This document shows positions 52,964-62,640 of a DNA stretch of 64,000 nucleotides, one piece after another; positions within the stretch are counted from its first letter, which is position 1, and each line of letters begins with the position of its first letter. Made by a program: the position numbers and the translations under genes. The stretch is from Candidatus Bathyarchaeota archaeon (GTDB taxonomy: Archaea > Thermoproteota > CALKCG01 > B24 > DRYS01), in contig JAGTQC010000001.1 in the NCBI GenBank assembly GCA_018396535.1, forward strand, positions 1 to 64,000, written 5' to 3'. The notes below the pieces were generated by a model. The model searched no databases. It was given only the letters and a program-made list of their open reading frames with translations, and had not been told where the DNA came from.

Positions 52964-53411
52964 TAGAGCTACTAGAGGTGCTGGTAAATCTAGAGCCGTA
53001 TCTGCTAAGGCTGTAGAAGTGCATAAACCGCATATACCTAGAGCACTCCCTATAGGAGCATACCTAGTTTGTGCGGATAACAGTGGTGCTAAAGAGGTTA
53101 AGCTAATAGGTGTTATAGGCTATAAGGGTAGGATTAGGAGGCTTCCAGCAGCTTCGGTTGGGGATATGGTTGTAGTATCTGTTAAGAAAGGTACTACAGA
53201 GCTTAAAGGACAGGTTTTCTATGCAGCCGTAGTTAGACAGAAGCAACCTTATCGTAGAGCAGATGGTACATGGATATGTTTCGAAGATAACGCTGTAGTA
53301 CTCTTAACACCTGAAGGCGATGTTAAAGGTAGCGAGGTTAGAGGACCTATAGCTCTAGAAGCAGCTGATAGGTGGCCTCAGATAGCTTCCATAGCCTCCA
53401 TGGTGGTATAA
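52956..53411 (+). CDS. rpl14: ribosomal protein uL14
   Basis: ADNSGAK, FEDNAVV. Confidence 0.96.
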   Translation: MSSRATRGAGKSRAVSAKAVEVHKPHIPRALPIGAYLVCADNSGAKEVKLIGVIGYKGRIRRLPAASVGDMVVVSVKKGTTELKGQVFYAAVVRQKQPYRRADGTWICFEDNAVVLLTPEGDVKGSEVRGPIALEAADRWPQIASIASMVV

Positions 53412-53412
53412 T

Positions 53413-53805
53413 ATGGTTAAAAATATCCCTGGATCTAAACGGAAAACTCAGAGAAGACGCTTCTTCGAAGCTCCGATCCACCGTATACGTAGAATGATGT
53501 CGGCTCCTCTATCTGATGAACTAAGGGAGAAGTATAATGTTAGATCTTTCCCAGTGCATAAGGGGGATACGGTTAAGGTTCTCAGAGGTGATTATAAGGG
53601 CGTAACCGGGACAGTCGTTAGGGTAGATTATGGTAAGAGGAGGATATACGTAGACGGTGTCGTTAGGCAGAAGGCTAGTGGCGAAACTGTACATGTACCT
53701 ATCCATCCGTCTAAAGTTATGATAGTTAAGTTAAACTTAGATGATAAGCGTAGGGTAGAGGCTCTCGAGAGAGCTTCCAAGATTAAGATGGTGGTGGGAG
53801 GATAG
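53413..53805 (+). CDS. rpl24: ribosomal protein uL24
   Basis: KGDTVKVLRGDYKG, IHPSKV. Confidence 0.95.
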   Translation: MVKNIPGSKRKTQRRRFFEAPIHRIRRMMSAPLSDELREKYNVRSFPVHKGDTVKVLRGDYKGVTGTVVRVDYGKRRIYVDGVVRQKASGETVHVPIHPSKVMIVKLNLDDKRRVEALERASKIKMVVGG

Positions 53806-53809
53806 TATA

Positions 53810-54586
53810 ATGGGGAAGATGGGTGGTTCTAGGCATCTAAAGAGGCTTGCAGCTCCACCAATATGGCCTATACCTAGGAAAACCGCTATATGGGCTGTTA
53901 AAACGTCTCCAGGCCCCCATCCGGCGGATTATAGTATACCGCTCGCTATCATCTTAAGGGATATACTAGGTTATGCGAATAATATGCGTGAAGTACGGTT
54001 TATACTAAATAATAGGATGGTGTTAGTTGATGGTTTAGCTAGGGTTGACCCAGGCTTTCCTGTAGGCATCATGGATGTCCTATCTATACCTAAAACTGGC
54101 GAACACTATCGTATCCTACCTAATAGAAGCGGCAGATTAACTCTCCACCGTATAGATGGGGTGGAAGCACGGTTTAAGCTATGTAAGATTATAGGTAAGA
54201 CTATGCTTAAGAATGGAAGGCTTCAGTTAAACCTACATGATGGTAGGAATCTATTAGTGAGGCTATCAGATCCCATGCATCCAGTAGAGGATGTATACCA
54301 TACACACGATTCGATCCAGATCTCCATACCGAATAATACTATGCTATCCCATATACCCTTGAAGGAGGGGGCTATATGCCTAGTCGTTAGGGGTAGTAAT
54401 ATGGGTCGTGTAGGTTATCTAGTAGAAAGGATACCTGGCAGCCTTACATCAGATCCTAGAGCTATACTAGAGAATGAGGGGGGAGAAAGATTCGAAAGCA
54501 TACTAGACTATGTATTCCCTATAGGCATCGATAAGCCGCTTATCTCTCTACCTAAACCTACATTAGAGGTTGTTAAACATGAGTAG
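53810..54586 (+). CDS. rps4e: ribosomal protein eS4
   Basis: HLKRLAAP, PGPH, FPVGIMDV, LHDGRN. Confidence 0.96.
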   Translation: MGKMGGSRHLKRLAAPPIWPIPRKTAIWAVKTSPGPHPADYSIPLAIILRDILGYANNMREVRFILNNRMVLVDGLARVDPGFPVGIMDVLSIPKTGEHYRILPNRSGRLTLHRIDGVEARFKLCKIIGKTMLKNGRLQLNLHDGRNLLVRLSDPMHPVEDVYHTHDSIQISIPNNTMLSHIPLKEGAICLVVRGSNMGRVGYLVERIPGSLTSDPRAILENEGGERFESILDYVFPIGIDKPLISLPKPTLEVVKHE

Positions 54587-55079
54587 CCCATATGATAATC
54601 CTATGAGGAGACCTAAGATAATAAAGGTAGTTGTTCATTCATGCGTAGGTGAATCAGGTGCTCCGTTAGAGAAGGCTATGAAGATATTGGAGGAACTGAC
54701 AGGTGCTAAACCATGCATCAGGAAGGCTAAACGTACGATAAAGGATTTCGGTATATACCGTGGAGAACCTATATCCTGTATGGTTACCCTTAGGGGTTCT
54801 AAAGCTGTAGAATTCTTAAAGAAGGCTTTAGCCGCTGTAGGGAATAGGATTAAAGCTTCAAGCTTCGATAAATACGGGAACTTTAGCTTCGGTATAAGAG
54901 AGCATCTAGATATACCTGGTACGAAATATAATCCTGAGCTGGGTACGATCGGTATGGATGTATGCGTTCATATAGGGAGACCTGGATATAACGTAGATAA
55001 TATAGGAAAGGAGCATAGGATAACAAAGGAGGAAGCTATAAGATTCATGAAGGAGGCATTCGGTGTAGAGGTTATATAA
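54579..55079 (+). CDS. rpl5: ribosomal protein uL5
   Basis: NPMR.P, VTLRG, GNFSFGI.EH. Confidence 0.95.
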   Translation: MSSPYDNPMRRPKIIKVVVHSCVGESGAPLEKAMKILEELTGAKPCIRKAKRTIKDFGIYRGEPISCMVTLRGSKAVEFLKKALAAVGNRIKASSFDKYGNFSFGIREHLDIPGTKYNPELGTIGMDVCVHIGRPGYNVDNIGKEHRITKEEAIRFMKEAFGVEVI

Positions 55080-55339
55080 TCTGGTTACCGTAACAGATTC
55101 CTTAATACCCTGGTTTAAGTAATAAATTTTTGAGAAAAATGGATACTTAACTTATAGCATATAAGGGTAGGCTAGGTTCTGGGAGATGCGTCGATAATGT
55201 ATAGGTAGCCGATAGAGATATACCACCGAGTTATCTATAAACTTTCGAAACGAGATCTACAATATATACATTCAAGGGAAATACTTTTTAGGAAGATAGC
55301 TTATGATGCTTTAGAGAGTTAAGATAGGGGCTTAAGGAT

Positions 55340-55504
55340 ATGGCTAAACATAGACCTCCTAAGGAGAGGAAGTTTGGTAAGGGTAGTCGTAGGTGTAGAC
55401 GTTGTGGTAGTCATGAGGCTATAATCCAAGCATATAACCTCATGTATTGTAGGAGGTGCTTCAGAGAGGTAGCCCCGCTTCTAGGTTTTAAAAAGTTCGA
55501 CTAG
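55340..55504 (+). CDS. rps14: ribosomal protein uS14 (54 aa, Zn type; below ORF-track cutoff)
   Basis: [23 protein letters not shown]...[18 protein letters not shown]. Confidence 0.95.
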   Translation: MAKHRPPKERKFGKGSRRCRRCGSHEAIIQAYNLMYCRRCFREVAPLLGFKKFD

Positions 55505-55515
55505 GTCGATAGGAT

Positions 55516-55908
55516 ATGGTTATGGTTGATCCATTATCGAATGCTATGGCTATAATAGACAACTCTGAAAGGAGGAGGAAGAAGGAGTGTATAATAGCAC
55601 CTGCGTCTAAACTTATAGGTGAAATCTTACGGATAATGCAGAAATATGGGTATATTGGCGAATTCGAATATATAGACGATGGGTATAACGGTAAGTTTAG
55701 AGTACAGCTACTCGGACGTATAAATAAGTGTAAAGCTATAAGACCCAGATTCTCAGCTCGTAAAGATGAAATCCTCGATTTTGCTCGTAAATATCTACCT
55801 TCACGCGATATAGGTATACTTATACTTACTACATCTAAAGGTGTGATGACGCATAAGGAGGCTTTATCTCTAGGTATAGGTGGTAAGCTGCTAGCTTTCG
55901 TATACTGA
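55516..55908 (+). CDS. rps8: ribosomal protein uS8
   Basis: DPLSNA, TTSKGVMTH, GGKLLAFVY. Confidence 0.96.
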   Translation: MVMVDPLSNAMAIIDNSERRRKKECIIAPASKLIGEILRIMQKYGYIGEFEYIDDGYNGKFRVQLLGRINKCKAIRPRFSARKDEILDFARKYLPSRDIGILILTTSKGVMTHKEALSLGIGGKLLAFVY

Positions 55909-55923
55909 TGGGGGGTATCGGGT

Positions 55924-56484
55924 ATGATGGCTACACAGTTTGCCGAAACGAGGATCGTTAAGATCCCAGCAGGTGCAGATATAGAGGTAGATGGGTTTAA
56001 GGTAACTGTTAAGGGTCCTCTAGGTATGATAACTAAGGATTTCTCTCACATACCGCATAGGAATGTAACGATAAGGAGGGAGGGTGATACGGTGTTCATC
56101 GAAGCCTATGGTAAAGTTAAACGTTCTATCAAAGCTATTCTAGGTACACTACAAGCACATATAGAGAATATGATTACTGGTGTAACTAAGGGGTTTACGT
56201 ATCGCCTTAAAATAGTATACTCGCACTTCCCTATATCCGTGAAGGTTAAGGATGGGGCTGTGTATATAGAGAATTTCATAGGTGAGCGAACTCCTAGAGT
56301 AGCTAAGATCGTAGGTAATGTTAAGGTGATAGTCGAGAAGGAGGATTTGATTATTAAAGGATTGGATATAGATGCTGTAGCACAAACAGCTGCTAATATA
56401 GAGCAGGCAACTAAGGTTAGGAGGAGGGATCCGAGGGTATTTCTAGACGGTATATACGTATACTCTAAGGAGGTTGGTATGTAG
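55924..56484 (+). CDS. rpl6: ribosomal protein uL6
   Basis: HFPI, NFIGE, DPRVFLDGIYV. Confidence 0.96.
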   Translation: MMATQFAETRIVKIPAGADIEVDGFKVTVKGPLGMITKDFSHIPHRNVTIRREGDTVFIEAYGKVKRSIKAILGTLQAHIENMITGVTKGFTYRLKIVYSHFPISVKVKDGAVYIENFIGERTPRVAKIVGNVKVIVEKEDLIIKGLDIDAVAQTAANIEQATKVRRRDPRVFLDGIYVYSKEVGM

Positions 56485-56918
56485 TGAGCGGGGAGACACA
56501 GCAGCCGAAGCCTAAGCCTAAACTCTCTGATAGAGGGAGACGTCTACTAAAGCTTAGGATGGAGAGATCTGTGAAGTTTGTTAGACAGGAGAGTTGGAGG
56601 TATGCACGTGTCGATGAGAATTGGAGGAAGCCTAGAGGCGTATCTAGTAAGATGAGGCGTCGTATGAGAGGCTGGCCTAGGATCGTATCGATAGGCTATG
56701 GTTCGCCTAGAATCGTTAGGGGACTCCATCCTTCAGGCTTCAGGGAGGTCCTAGTATATAGGGAGGAGGATCTAGAGGGTTTAGATCCTGAGAGGGATGC
56801 GGTACGTATAGCTCACACCGTAGGTATGAGGAAGAGGAGGGCTATACTCGATAAAGCTAGGAAGCTTGGTTTGAAGGTTCTAAACCCGGGTGTCGTAGTG
56901 GAGGTTGGAGTTAAATGA
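56484..56918 (+). CDS. rpl32e: ribosomal protein eL32
   Basis: WRKPRG, RGLHPSG. Confidence 0.96.
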   Translation: MSGETQQPKPKPKLSDRGRRLLKLRMERSVKFVRQESWRYARVDENWRKPRGVSSKMRRRMRGWPRIVSIGYGSPRIVRGLHPSGFREVLVYREEDLEGLDPERDAVRIAHTVGMRKRRAILDKARKLGLKVLNPGVVVEVGVK

Positions 56919-57349
56919 AGGTGGATACCCAGCGTCGTATAGTTGCATCCATGCTTGGTGTAGGCTATCATAGGGTATGGATAGATCCTGAGAGGGTGGA
57001 GGATGTACAGTCGGCTATAACTAGAGGCGATTTAAAAGCTCTAGTAAAGGATGGGGTCATAAGGATTAGACCTATCAAGGGTACTAGTAGAGCTAGGGTT
57101 GGGAAGCGGAGGAGGGGGCCTGGGAGCGTTAAAGGTAGCTTTAAATCGAGGATTGATGAGGGGCAGATGTGGGTTGCACGTATAAGAGCTCTAAGAAGGG
57201 AGTTGAAGATCCTGAGGGAGAAACGTATGATAACTAGGTCTACGTATAGGGAGCTATACCGCCTAGCCAAAGGCGGTGTTTTCCGCTCTGTAAGAGAGCT
57301 TAGAAGCTACATATATAGTCATGGGTTGGCTAGGAGGCTGCCTATATGA
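56915..57349 (+). CDS. rpl19e: ribosomal protein eL19
   Basis: RVWIDP, RGPGSVKG, W..RIR.LR, AKGG.F. Confidence 0.95.
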   Translation: MKVDTQRRIVASMLGVGYHRVWIDPERVEDVQSAITRGDLKALVKDGVIRIRPIKGTSRARVGKRRRGPGSVKGSFKSRIDEGQMWVARIRALRRELKILREKRMITRSTYRELYRLAKGGVFRSVRELRSYIYSHGLARRLPI

Positions 57350-57936
57350 ATGGGAAAGTTATAGCTCTCCCGCTTAAACGTATGAGGCTTGGTTTAACCG
57401 ATTATAGGCGTAGGAGAAAGCTTATATTATCCGGTCTACCTAGGTTTACCGTTAGACTCTCGAATAGGTATATACTAGTCCAGCTGATAGAAGCTAGGAT
57501 AGGTGGTGATCATACTATAGCGTCGTTCTATTCTAGAGAGCTAGTTACTAGGTATGGGTGGAAGGCTTCATGTATAAATATACCTGCAGCATACCTATCC
57601 GGCTTAGTAGCAGGTTATAGATCTTTGAAAGCTGGCGTGGAGAAAGCTGTACTGGATGTTAAAAGGTTTGGTAAAGGTTTCAGATGTTCAGCTGTACTTA
57701 AGGGTGCGTTGGATGCAGGTATGGATATACCTCATGGCGAAGGTATATTTCCAAGCGAATCTAGGATTAGGGGGGAACATATAGCTAGCTATGCAGCTCT
57801 ACTAGAGAAGGTCAACCCGGAAGCCTATCGTAGAAGATTTAGTTTATATCTAGCTAGAGGTTTAGATCCTAAAGATTTACCTAGACATTTCGATGAAACA
57901 TATAAAGCTATAGTAGAGGAGTACAGGGAGGTGTAG
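57346..57936 (+). CDS. rpl18: ribosomal protein uL18
   Basis: TDYRRR, N.PAAYL.G, IRGEHIA. Confidence 0.94.
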   Translation: MNGKVIALPLKRMRLGLTDYRRRRKLILSGLPRFTVRLSNRYILVQLIEARIGGDHTIASFYSRELVTRYGWKASCINIPAAYLSGLVAGYRSLKAGVEKAVLDVKRFGKGFRCSAVLKGALDAGMDIPHGEGIFPSESRIRGEHIASYAALLEKVNPEAYRRRFSLYLARGLDPKDLPRHFDETYKAIVEEYREV

Positions 57937-57940
57937 AACT

Positions 57941-58564
57941 ATGGCTTTAGATACGAGTAGCTGGACTCCTAAAACACAGTTAGGGGAGATCGTTAAGAAG
58001 GGGTTGATAACAAGTCTAGATGAGGTATTTGCTAGAGGATACAAGATAATGGAGCCTGAGATAGTCGATACACTGCTACCAGATATCCAGTATGAGATCA
58101 TATATACATCGATAGTTCAGAAGCAGACTGATGCAGGTGAGAAATCACGTTTTAAAGTGATAGTAGCTGTAGGTAACGGAGACGGATATATAGGCGTAGG
58201 ATCTAGTAAAGCTGCTCAATGGCGGTTAGCAGTCGATAAAGCTTTGAAGGAAGCTAAGCTTAACATAACGCCTGTAAGACGTGGATGTGGCTCATGGGAG
58301 TGTAGCTGTGATCAACCACACTCAGTTCCATTCAGAGTTATAGGTAAATGTGGTAGTGTTAGGTTTGAGATACTACCAGGACCTAGGGGTTTAGGCTTAG
58401 TAGCTAACGATACATCTAAGATACTACTAAGATTAGCAGGGGTGAGGGATTGTTGGACTAGGAGTAGGGGGTCTACAAGAACTACTCAATCCCTTATATA
58501 TGCTACATTCAACGCTTTAGCGAATACCTATCGTATAATTACACCGGAAGATTGGGTGAGGTGA
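57941..58564 (+). CDS. rps5: ribosomal protein uS5
   Basis: WTPKT.LG, QTDAG, GCGSWEC, PRGLGLV. Confidence 0.96.
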   Translation: MALDTSSWTPKTQLGEIVKKGLITSLDEVFARGYKIMEPEIVDTLLPDIQYEIIYTSIVQKQTDAGEKSRFKVIVAVGNGDGYIGVGSSKAAQWRLAVDKALKEAKLNITPVRRGCGSWECSCDQPHSVPFRVIGKCGSVRFEILPGPRGLGLVANDTSKILLRLAGVRDCWTRSRGSTRTTQSLIYATFNALANTYRIITPEDWVR

Positions 58565-58576
58565 TCCGTATAGACT

Positions 58577-59035
58577 ATGATCGCTGTTATAAGGATTCGG
58601 GGTACCGTTAACGTTAGGATGGATGTAGAGGAGACTCTTAGAAGGCTTAGACTTAAGAAGCTTAACCACTGCGTAATCCTACCTAAGACAGATGCATATC
58701 TAGGTATGATCGAGAAGGTTAAGGATTGGGTTGCATACGGAGAGATAGATCTAGATACGCTTAAACTATTATTAAAGGAGAGAGGCTCTATAACCGGGGG
58801 TAAACCTTTAACCGATGATGTTTGTAGAAAGTTAGGGTTCGATGGGATAGATGGGTTAGCTGAGGCCATATACTATGGGAAGGTAAGCTTTAAGGATCTT
58901 AAGATAGTAAAACCCGTATTTAGGCTACATCCACCTTCAGGGGGATACTATAAGAATACTAGGAGACACTATCCTGAAGGCTCCCTAGGATACTGGGGTA
59001 GAGATATACGGAAGCTTATCGAGCATATGGTCTAG
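58577..59035 (+). CDS. rpl30: ribosomal protein uL30
   Basis: AVIRIRG, FRLHPP.GG. Confidence 0.95.
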   Translation: MIAVIRIRGTVNVRMDVEETLRRLRLKKLNHCVILPKTDAYLGMIEKVKDWVAYGEIDLDTLKLLLKERGSITGGKPLTDDVCRKLGFDGIDGLAEAIYYGKVSFKDLKIVKPVFRLHPPSGGYYKNTRRHYPEGSLGYWGRDIRKLIEHMV

Positions 59036-59145
59036 ATTACTTCGTATCTATCTGAAACTGAGAGTATAGGGTAGGGTTTTAGTTCAAGTTTGGAGAAATC
59101 TTTTTAGATATCCTACCTACAGGTCTAGAGGATAGTGGGATAGTT

Positions 59146-59568
59146 ATGGCTAGAAGGTATAGGAAGTCTAGGTGGATGAGGGGGTCTAGAACGCATGGAT
59201 GGGGTGTTAGCGGTCAGCATAGGGGTAAGGGTTCACGTGGAGGATACGGTATGGCTGGTGGACATAAGCATAAGTGGTCGTGGATAGTTAAGTATGCACC
59301 AGATCACTTCGGTAAAAGAGGGTTTAAACCCCCGTATAGCGTCGAAGACGTATGCATAAATGTCGGCGAGCTCGAGGATCTAGCTGCTAAACTCGGGGTA
59401 AGCGAGAATGGGACTATAGATCTTGAATCTATAGGCTATACTAAGCTACTAGGGGGAGGCTCCATTAGTAAACCTTTCAATATAGTTGTTAGGAAAGCTT
59501 CTAGGAATGCTGTAGAGAAGATTAAATCTATAGGTGGTAGTATAGTTATATTGAGTAGAGCAGAGTAG
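59146..59568 (+). CDS. rpl15: ribosomal protein uL15
   Basis: RGSRTHGWG, HFGKRGF, KLLG. Confidence 0.96.
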   Translation: MARRYRKSRWMRGSRTHGWGVSGQHRGKGSRGGYGMAGGHKHKWSWIVKYAPDHFGKRGFKPPYSVEDVCINVGELEDLAAKLGVSENGTIDLESIGYTKLLGGGSISKPFNIVVRKASRNAVEKIKSIGGSIVILSRAE

Positions 59569-59587
59569 TTTAGGTGTCTATTAGGTT

Positions 59588-61003
59588 ATGGCTGGACGGT
59601 TCCTCTCACTATTCAAACCTGTGAAGTCGATCCTACCAGAGGTTCAAGCTCCGGTACGGAAGCCATCATTCAGCGAGAGGATACTATGGACAGCCTTCGC
59701 TCTTATAGTATACCTCGTTATGAGCGAAATACCTCTCTACCATGTAACTAGAGGCGCGGATATATACTTCGCATATCGTGTAATCTTCGCTTCACGTAGA
59801 GGAACGCTTATGGAGCTAGGTATAGGTCCTATCGTTACAGCAGGATTAGTGCTACAGATACTTGTAGGTGGCGGATTGATAGAAGCCGATCTAAGTAAGC
59901 CTGAGGATAGAGCATTGTTTACAGTCGCTAGCAAATTCCTATCTATAATACTAGCTCTATTTCAGATAACTCTATTTCTATCTACAGGTGTATGGGGCTA
60001 CCTAACCCTATTCGAGAGTATGATCGTATTCATGCAGCTTCTAGCTGCAACCCTAATAGTGATACTTCTAGATGAAATGGTGCAGAAGGGCTGGGGTTTT
60101 GGTAGCGGTATAAGCTTATTCATAGCTGGAGGTGTTATACAGGAGATTCTATGGCAAGCCTTCGCTCCTATACCAGCACCTGATGGATCCTTATACGGGG
60201 CTATACCATCATTTATACAGAATATAATTTCTGGGAATCCATCCGCAGCATTCTTCAGAGAACATGGATACCCAGATATGACTGGGTTAATCTCGACTAT
60301 GATACTACTCCTAGTGCTACTATATCTTCAAGGTATAAGGGTGGATATACCTATATCCTTCGCTAGATACAGAGGTTATAGAGGGCGATACCCTATACAA
60401 CTCCTATACCTTTCTAGTATACCAGTCATATTTACTTCAGCTTTATTCAGTAATCTATACGTAGGCGCTCAGATACTATGGTCTAATATGAATAGAGATA
60501 ACAGTAACCCCTGGCTTAACTGGATCGGTATGTTCACTACGGATGAAGCCGGTATTAGACCTATAGGTCCATCGCTAGCGTACTATCTGACACCTCCTAG
60601 AAGTATAGTTGGTATCCTAGAGGATCCGGTGAGAGCTATCATATACATAACTTTAATGGCTTTCTTCTGTATAATCTTCAGCTGGACATGGCTTACGATA
60701 GGGGGTATCGGCCCCTCAGATGTAGCTCGCCAACTTGTCGATGCAGGTGTTCAGATACCTGGATACAGGATGACTGAGAAAACCGTATACTCTATCCTCA
60801 ATAAGTATATACCTGTAGTAGGATTGTTCGGAGGATTTCTCATAGGTTTAATCGCAGGTTTAGCCGATTTGATAAACGTATTCGGTTCTGGTATAGGTAT
60901 ACTCTTAACGATAGGTATAATATACAACTACTACCAGATACTACTACGCGAACGTCTATTCGAGATGTATCCTGGGCTGGAGCGTATGATAGGGGGTAGA
61001 TAG
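59588..61003 (+). CDS. secY: preprotein translocase SecY
   Basis: LMELGIGPIVTAG, GSGISLFI, IPGYR, GSGIGILL. Confidence 0.97.
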   Translation: MAGRFLSLFKPVKSILPEVQAPVRKPSFSERILWTAFALIVYLVMSEIPLYHVTRGADIYFAYRVIFASRRGTLMELGIGPIVTAGLVLQILVGGGLIEADLSKPEDRALFTVASKFLSIILALFQITLFLSTGVWGYLTLFESMIVFMQLLAATLIVILLDEMVQKGWGFGSGISLFIAGGVIQEILWQAFAPIPAPDGSLYGAIPSFIQNIISGNPSAAFFREHGYPDMTGLISTMILLLVLLYLQGIRVDIPISFARYRGYRGRYPIQLLYLSSIPVIFTSALFSNLYVGAQILWSNMNRDNSNPWLNWIGMFTTDEAGIRPIGPSLAYYLTPPRSIVGILEDPVRAIIYITLMAFFCIIFSWTWLTIGGIGPSDVARQLVDAGVQIPGYRMTEKTVYSILNKYIPVVGLFGGFLIGLIAGLADLINVFGSGIGILLTIGIIYNYYQILLRERLFEMYPGLERMIGGR

Positions 61004-61004
61004 G

Positions 61005-61529
61005 ATGGATATCCTATACTCTATATGGAATGCTATAGTAGGGTTTCTAAGCCAGTTCACATATGATTTGAGGGTTGCATGTATATTCACAGTAGTATCA
61101 GCTTCACTTATAATACTCGCATCTATAGGCTTATCAAGGATCTTCATAGATATCAAACTTCAAAGAGAGTATATGATTATACTATCAGAGTATAGATCGC
61201 TCCTAGATGAAGCTAGGCGTACGGGTGATCCTAAAATCCTATCTAAGGTTAAGAAGAAGAAGACTATGGTGGAGCATATGGGGTCTAAGGTATCGATACA
61301 GAATCTTAAGATGATGGCTATATCTATGGCTGTATTCTTCCTAGTATTCAGTATACTTTCATCAGCATTCCAGGGTAGACCAGCAGCTTTAACCATACTC
61401 TACTCTCATAGGGAGCCATTAATCCTCCCATTCTATATATGGTATATGGTTTGCAGCCTCACGATCGGTAGGATGCTATTCAAGCTATTCGGGTTTGAAG
61501 CTCCAGGGCAGACTCGTAGCTCCACCTAA
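61005..61529 (+). CDS. DUF106/EMC3-like (Oxa1 superfamily) membrane protein
   Basis: TM-coiled coil-TM-TM layout, WY..CS, conserved position after secY. Confidence 0.8.
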   Translation: MDILYSIWNAIVGFLSQFTYDLRVACIFTVVSASLIILASIGLSRIFIDIKLQREYMIILSEYRSLLDEARRTGDPKILSKVKKKKTMVEHMGSKVSIQNLKMMAISMAVFFLVFSILSSAFQGRPAALTILYSHREPLILPFYIWYMVCSLTIGRMLFKLFGFEAPGQTRSST

Positions 61530-61577
61530 AAGATTTAAGTTTATCCTATAGGATTCTCGATGGATATGGTGCAGGAT

Positions 61578-61739
61578 ATGGGTAAACCTAGATGCGCTAT
61601 ATGCGGTAGGTTTCTGCACGGCGTAGATTATGAAGCCGATACTAAGTCATCGCGTAGACCTGAGAGACCTTACGGAGGATATGTATGCCATAGATGTTTG
61701 GAGAGAGGTATAAGGGATGCTGTTAGAAGGGGGGTATAG
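61578..61739 (+). CDS. rpl34e: ribosomal protein eL34, short form (below ORF-track cutoff)
   Basis: MGKPRCAICGR.LHGV...SSRRPERPYGGYVCHRCL; alternative in-frame ATG at 61560/61566. Confidence 0.9.
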   Translation: MGKPRCAICGRFLHGVDYEADTKSSRRPERPYGGYVCHRCLERGIRDAVRRGV

Positions 61740-61745
61740 GAGGAT

Positions 61746-62300
61746 TTGGTCGTTATAACGGTTAGTGGTCTCCATGGATCCGGTAGATCTACACAGGCTA
61801 AGCTACTAGCTAGAGAGTTTAACTTGAGATATGTATCAGCTGGTCAGCTGTTCAGGGATATAGCTAGAGAGAAGGGTGTAGCTATACATATGCTTAGCTC
61901 ACAGTTGTTATCCGATCCTACGATAGACTATATGATAGATGAGAGAACTAAACGTGAAGCTGAGAAGGGTGATGTAGTACTAGAGGGTGATCTATCCGGT
62001 GTTATGGCTGGTAACCTAGCCGACGTTAAGATATTCTTGAAGGCTTCGGATGAAGCTAGGTTTAGACGTATAGCTAAACGTGAAGGATGTAGTTTAGAAG
62101 AGGCGGCGAAGATCACCTTAGAGAGGGAGGAGAGGGATAGAGTAAGGTTTAAGATATTTTACGGTGTAGATCCATTCGATCTATCCCTATACCATATAGT
62201 TCTAGATACTAGCTTACTAACCGTCGAATCAACTTTCAGAATACTAAAAGTATGTGTAGAAGAGTATATCAAGTGTAAAGGTTTAAGGGGAAATACTTAA
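61746..62300 (+). CDS. cmk: cytidylate kinase
   Basis: SGLHGSGRST P-loop, SAGQLFR, R..RIAKRE. Confidence 0.92.
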   Translation: MVVITVSGLHGSGRSTQAKLLAREFNLRYVSAGQLFRDIAREKGVAIHMLSSQLLSDPTIDYMIDERTKREAEKGDVVLEGDLSGVMAGNLADVKIFLKASDEARFRRIAKREGCSLEEAAKITLEREERDRVRFKIFYGVDPFDLSLYHIVLDTSLLTVESTFRILKVCVEEYIKCKGLRGNT

Positions 62301-62340
62301 GAGTAGGCTGAGTGAATCCCTAGCCTTTTAGAAGGTGATT

Positions 62341-62628
62341 CCGATGATAGAGGTGGGTAGAGTATGCGTTAAGACGAGGGGTAGGGAGGCTGGTCTTAAA
62401 TGCGTGATAGTAGATATAATAGACGATAACTTCGTATTGATAACAGGTCCTAAGAATATAACTGGTGTTAGGAGGCGTAGAGTTAACGTTAAACACTTAG
62501 AACCTACACAGTATAAGCTAGAGATAGAGAAGGGGGCAAGCGATGAAGCTGTAGCTGAAGCTTGGAGTAGATCTGGTCTACCTGAAGAGTTCTATAAACC
62601 AGTTAAACCTTTATTGAAGCCTATCTAG
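62341..62628 (+). CDS. rpl14e: ribosomal protein eL14 (start within 62335-62344)
   Basis: EVGRVCVKTRGREAG, TGP, RRRVN..HLEPT. Confidence 0.93.
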   Translation, partial: PMIEVGRVCVKTRGREAGLKCVIVDIIDDNFVLITGPKNITGVRRRRVNVKHLEPTQYKLEIEKGASDEAVAEAWSRSGLPEEFYKPVKPLLKPI

Positions 62629-62640
62629 GGGGTGTAGGTC

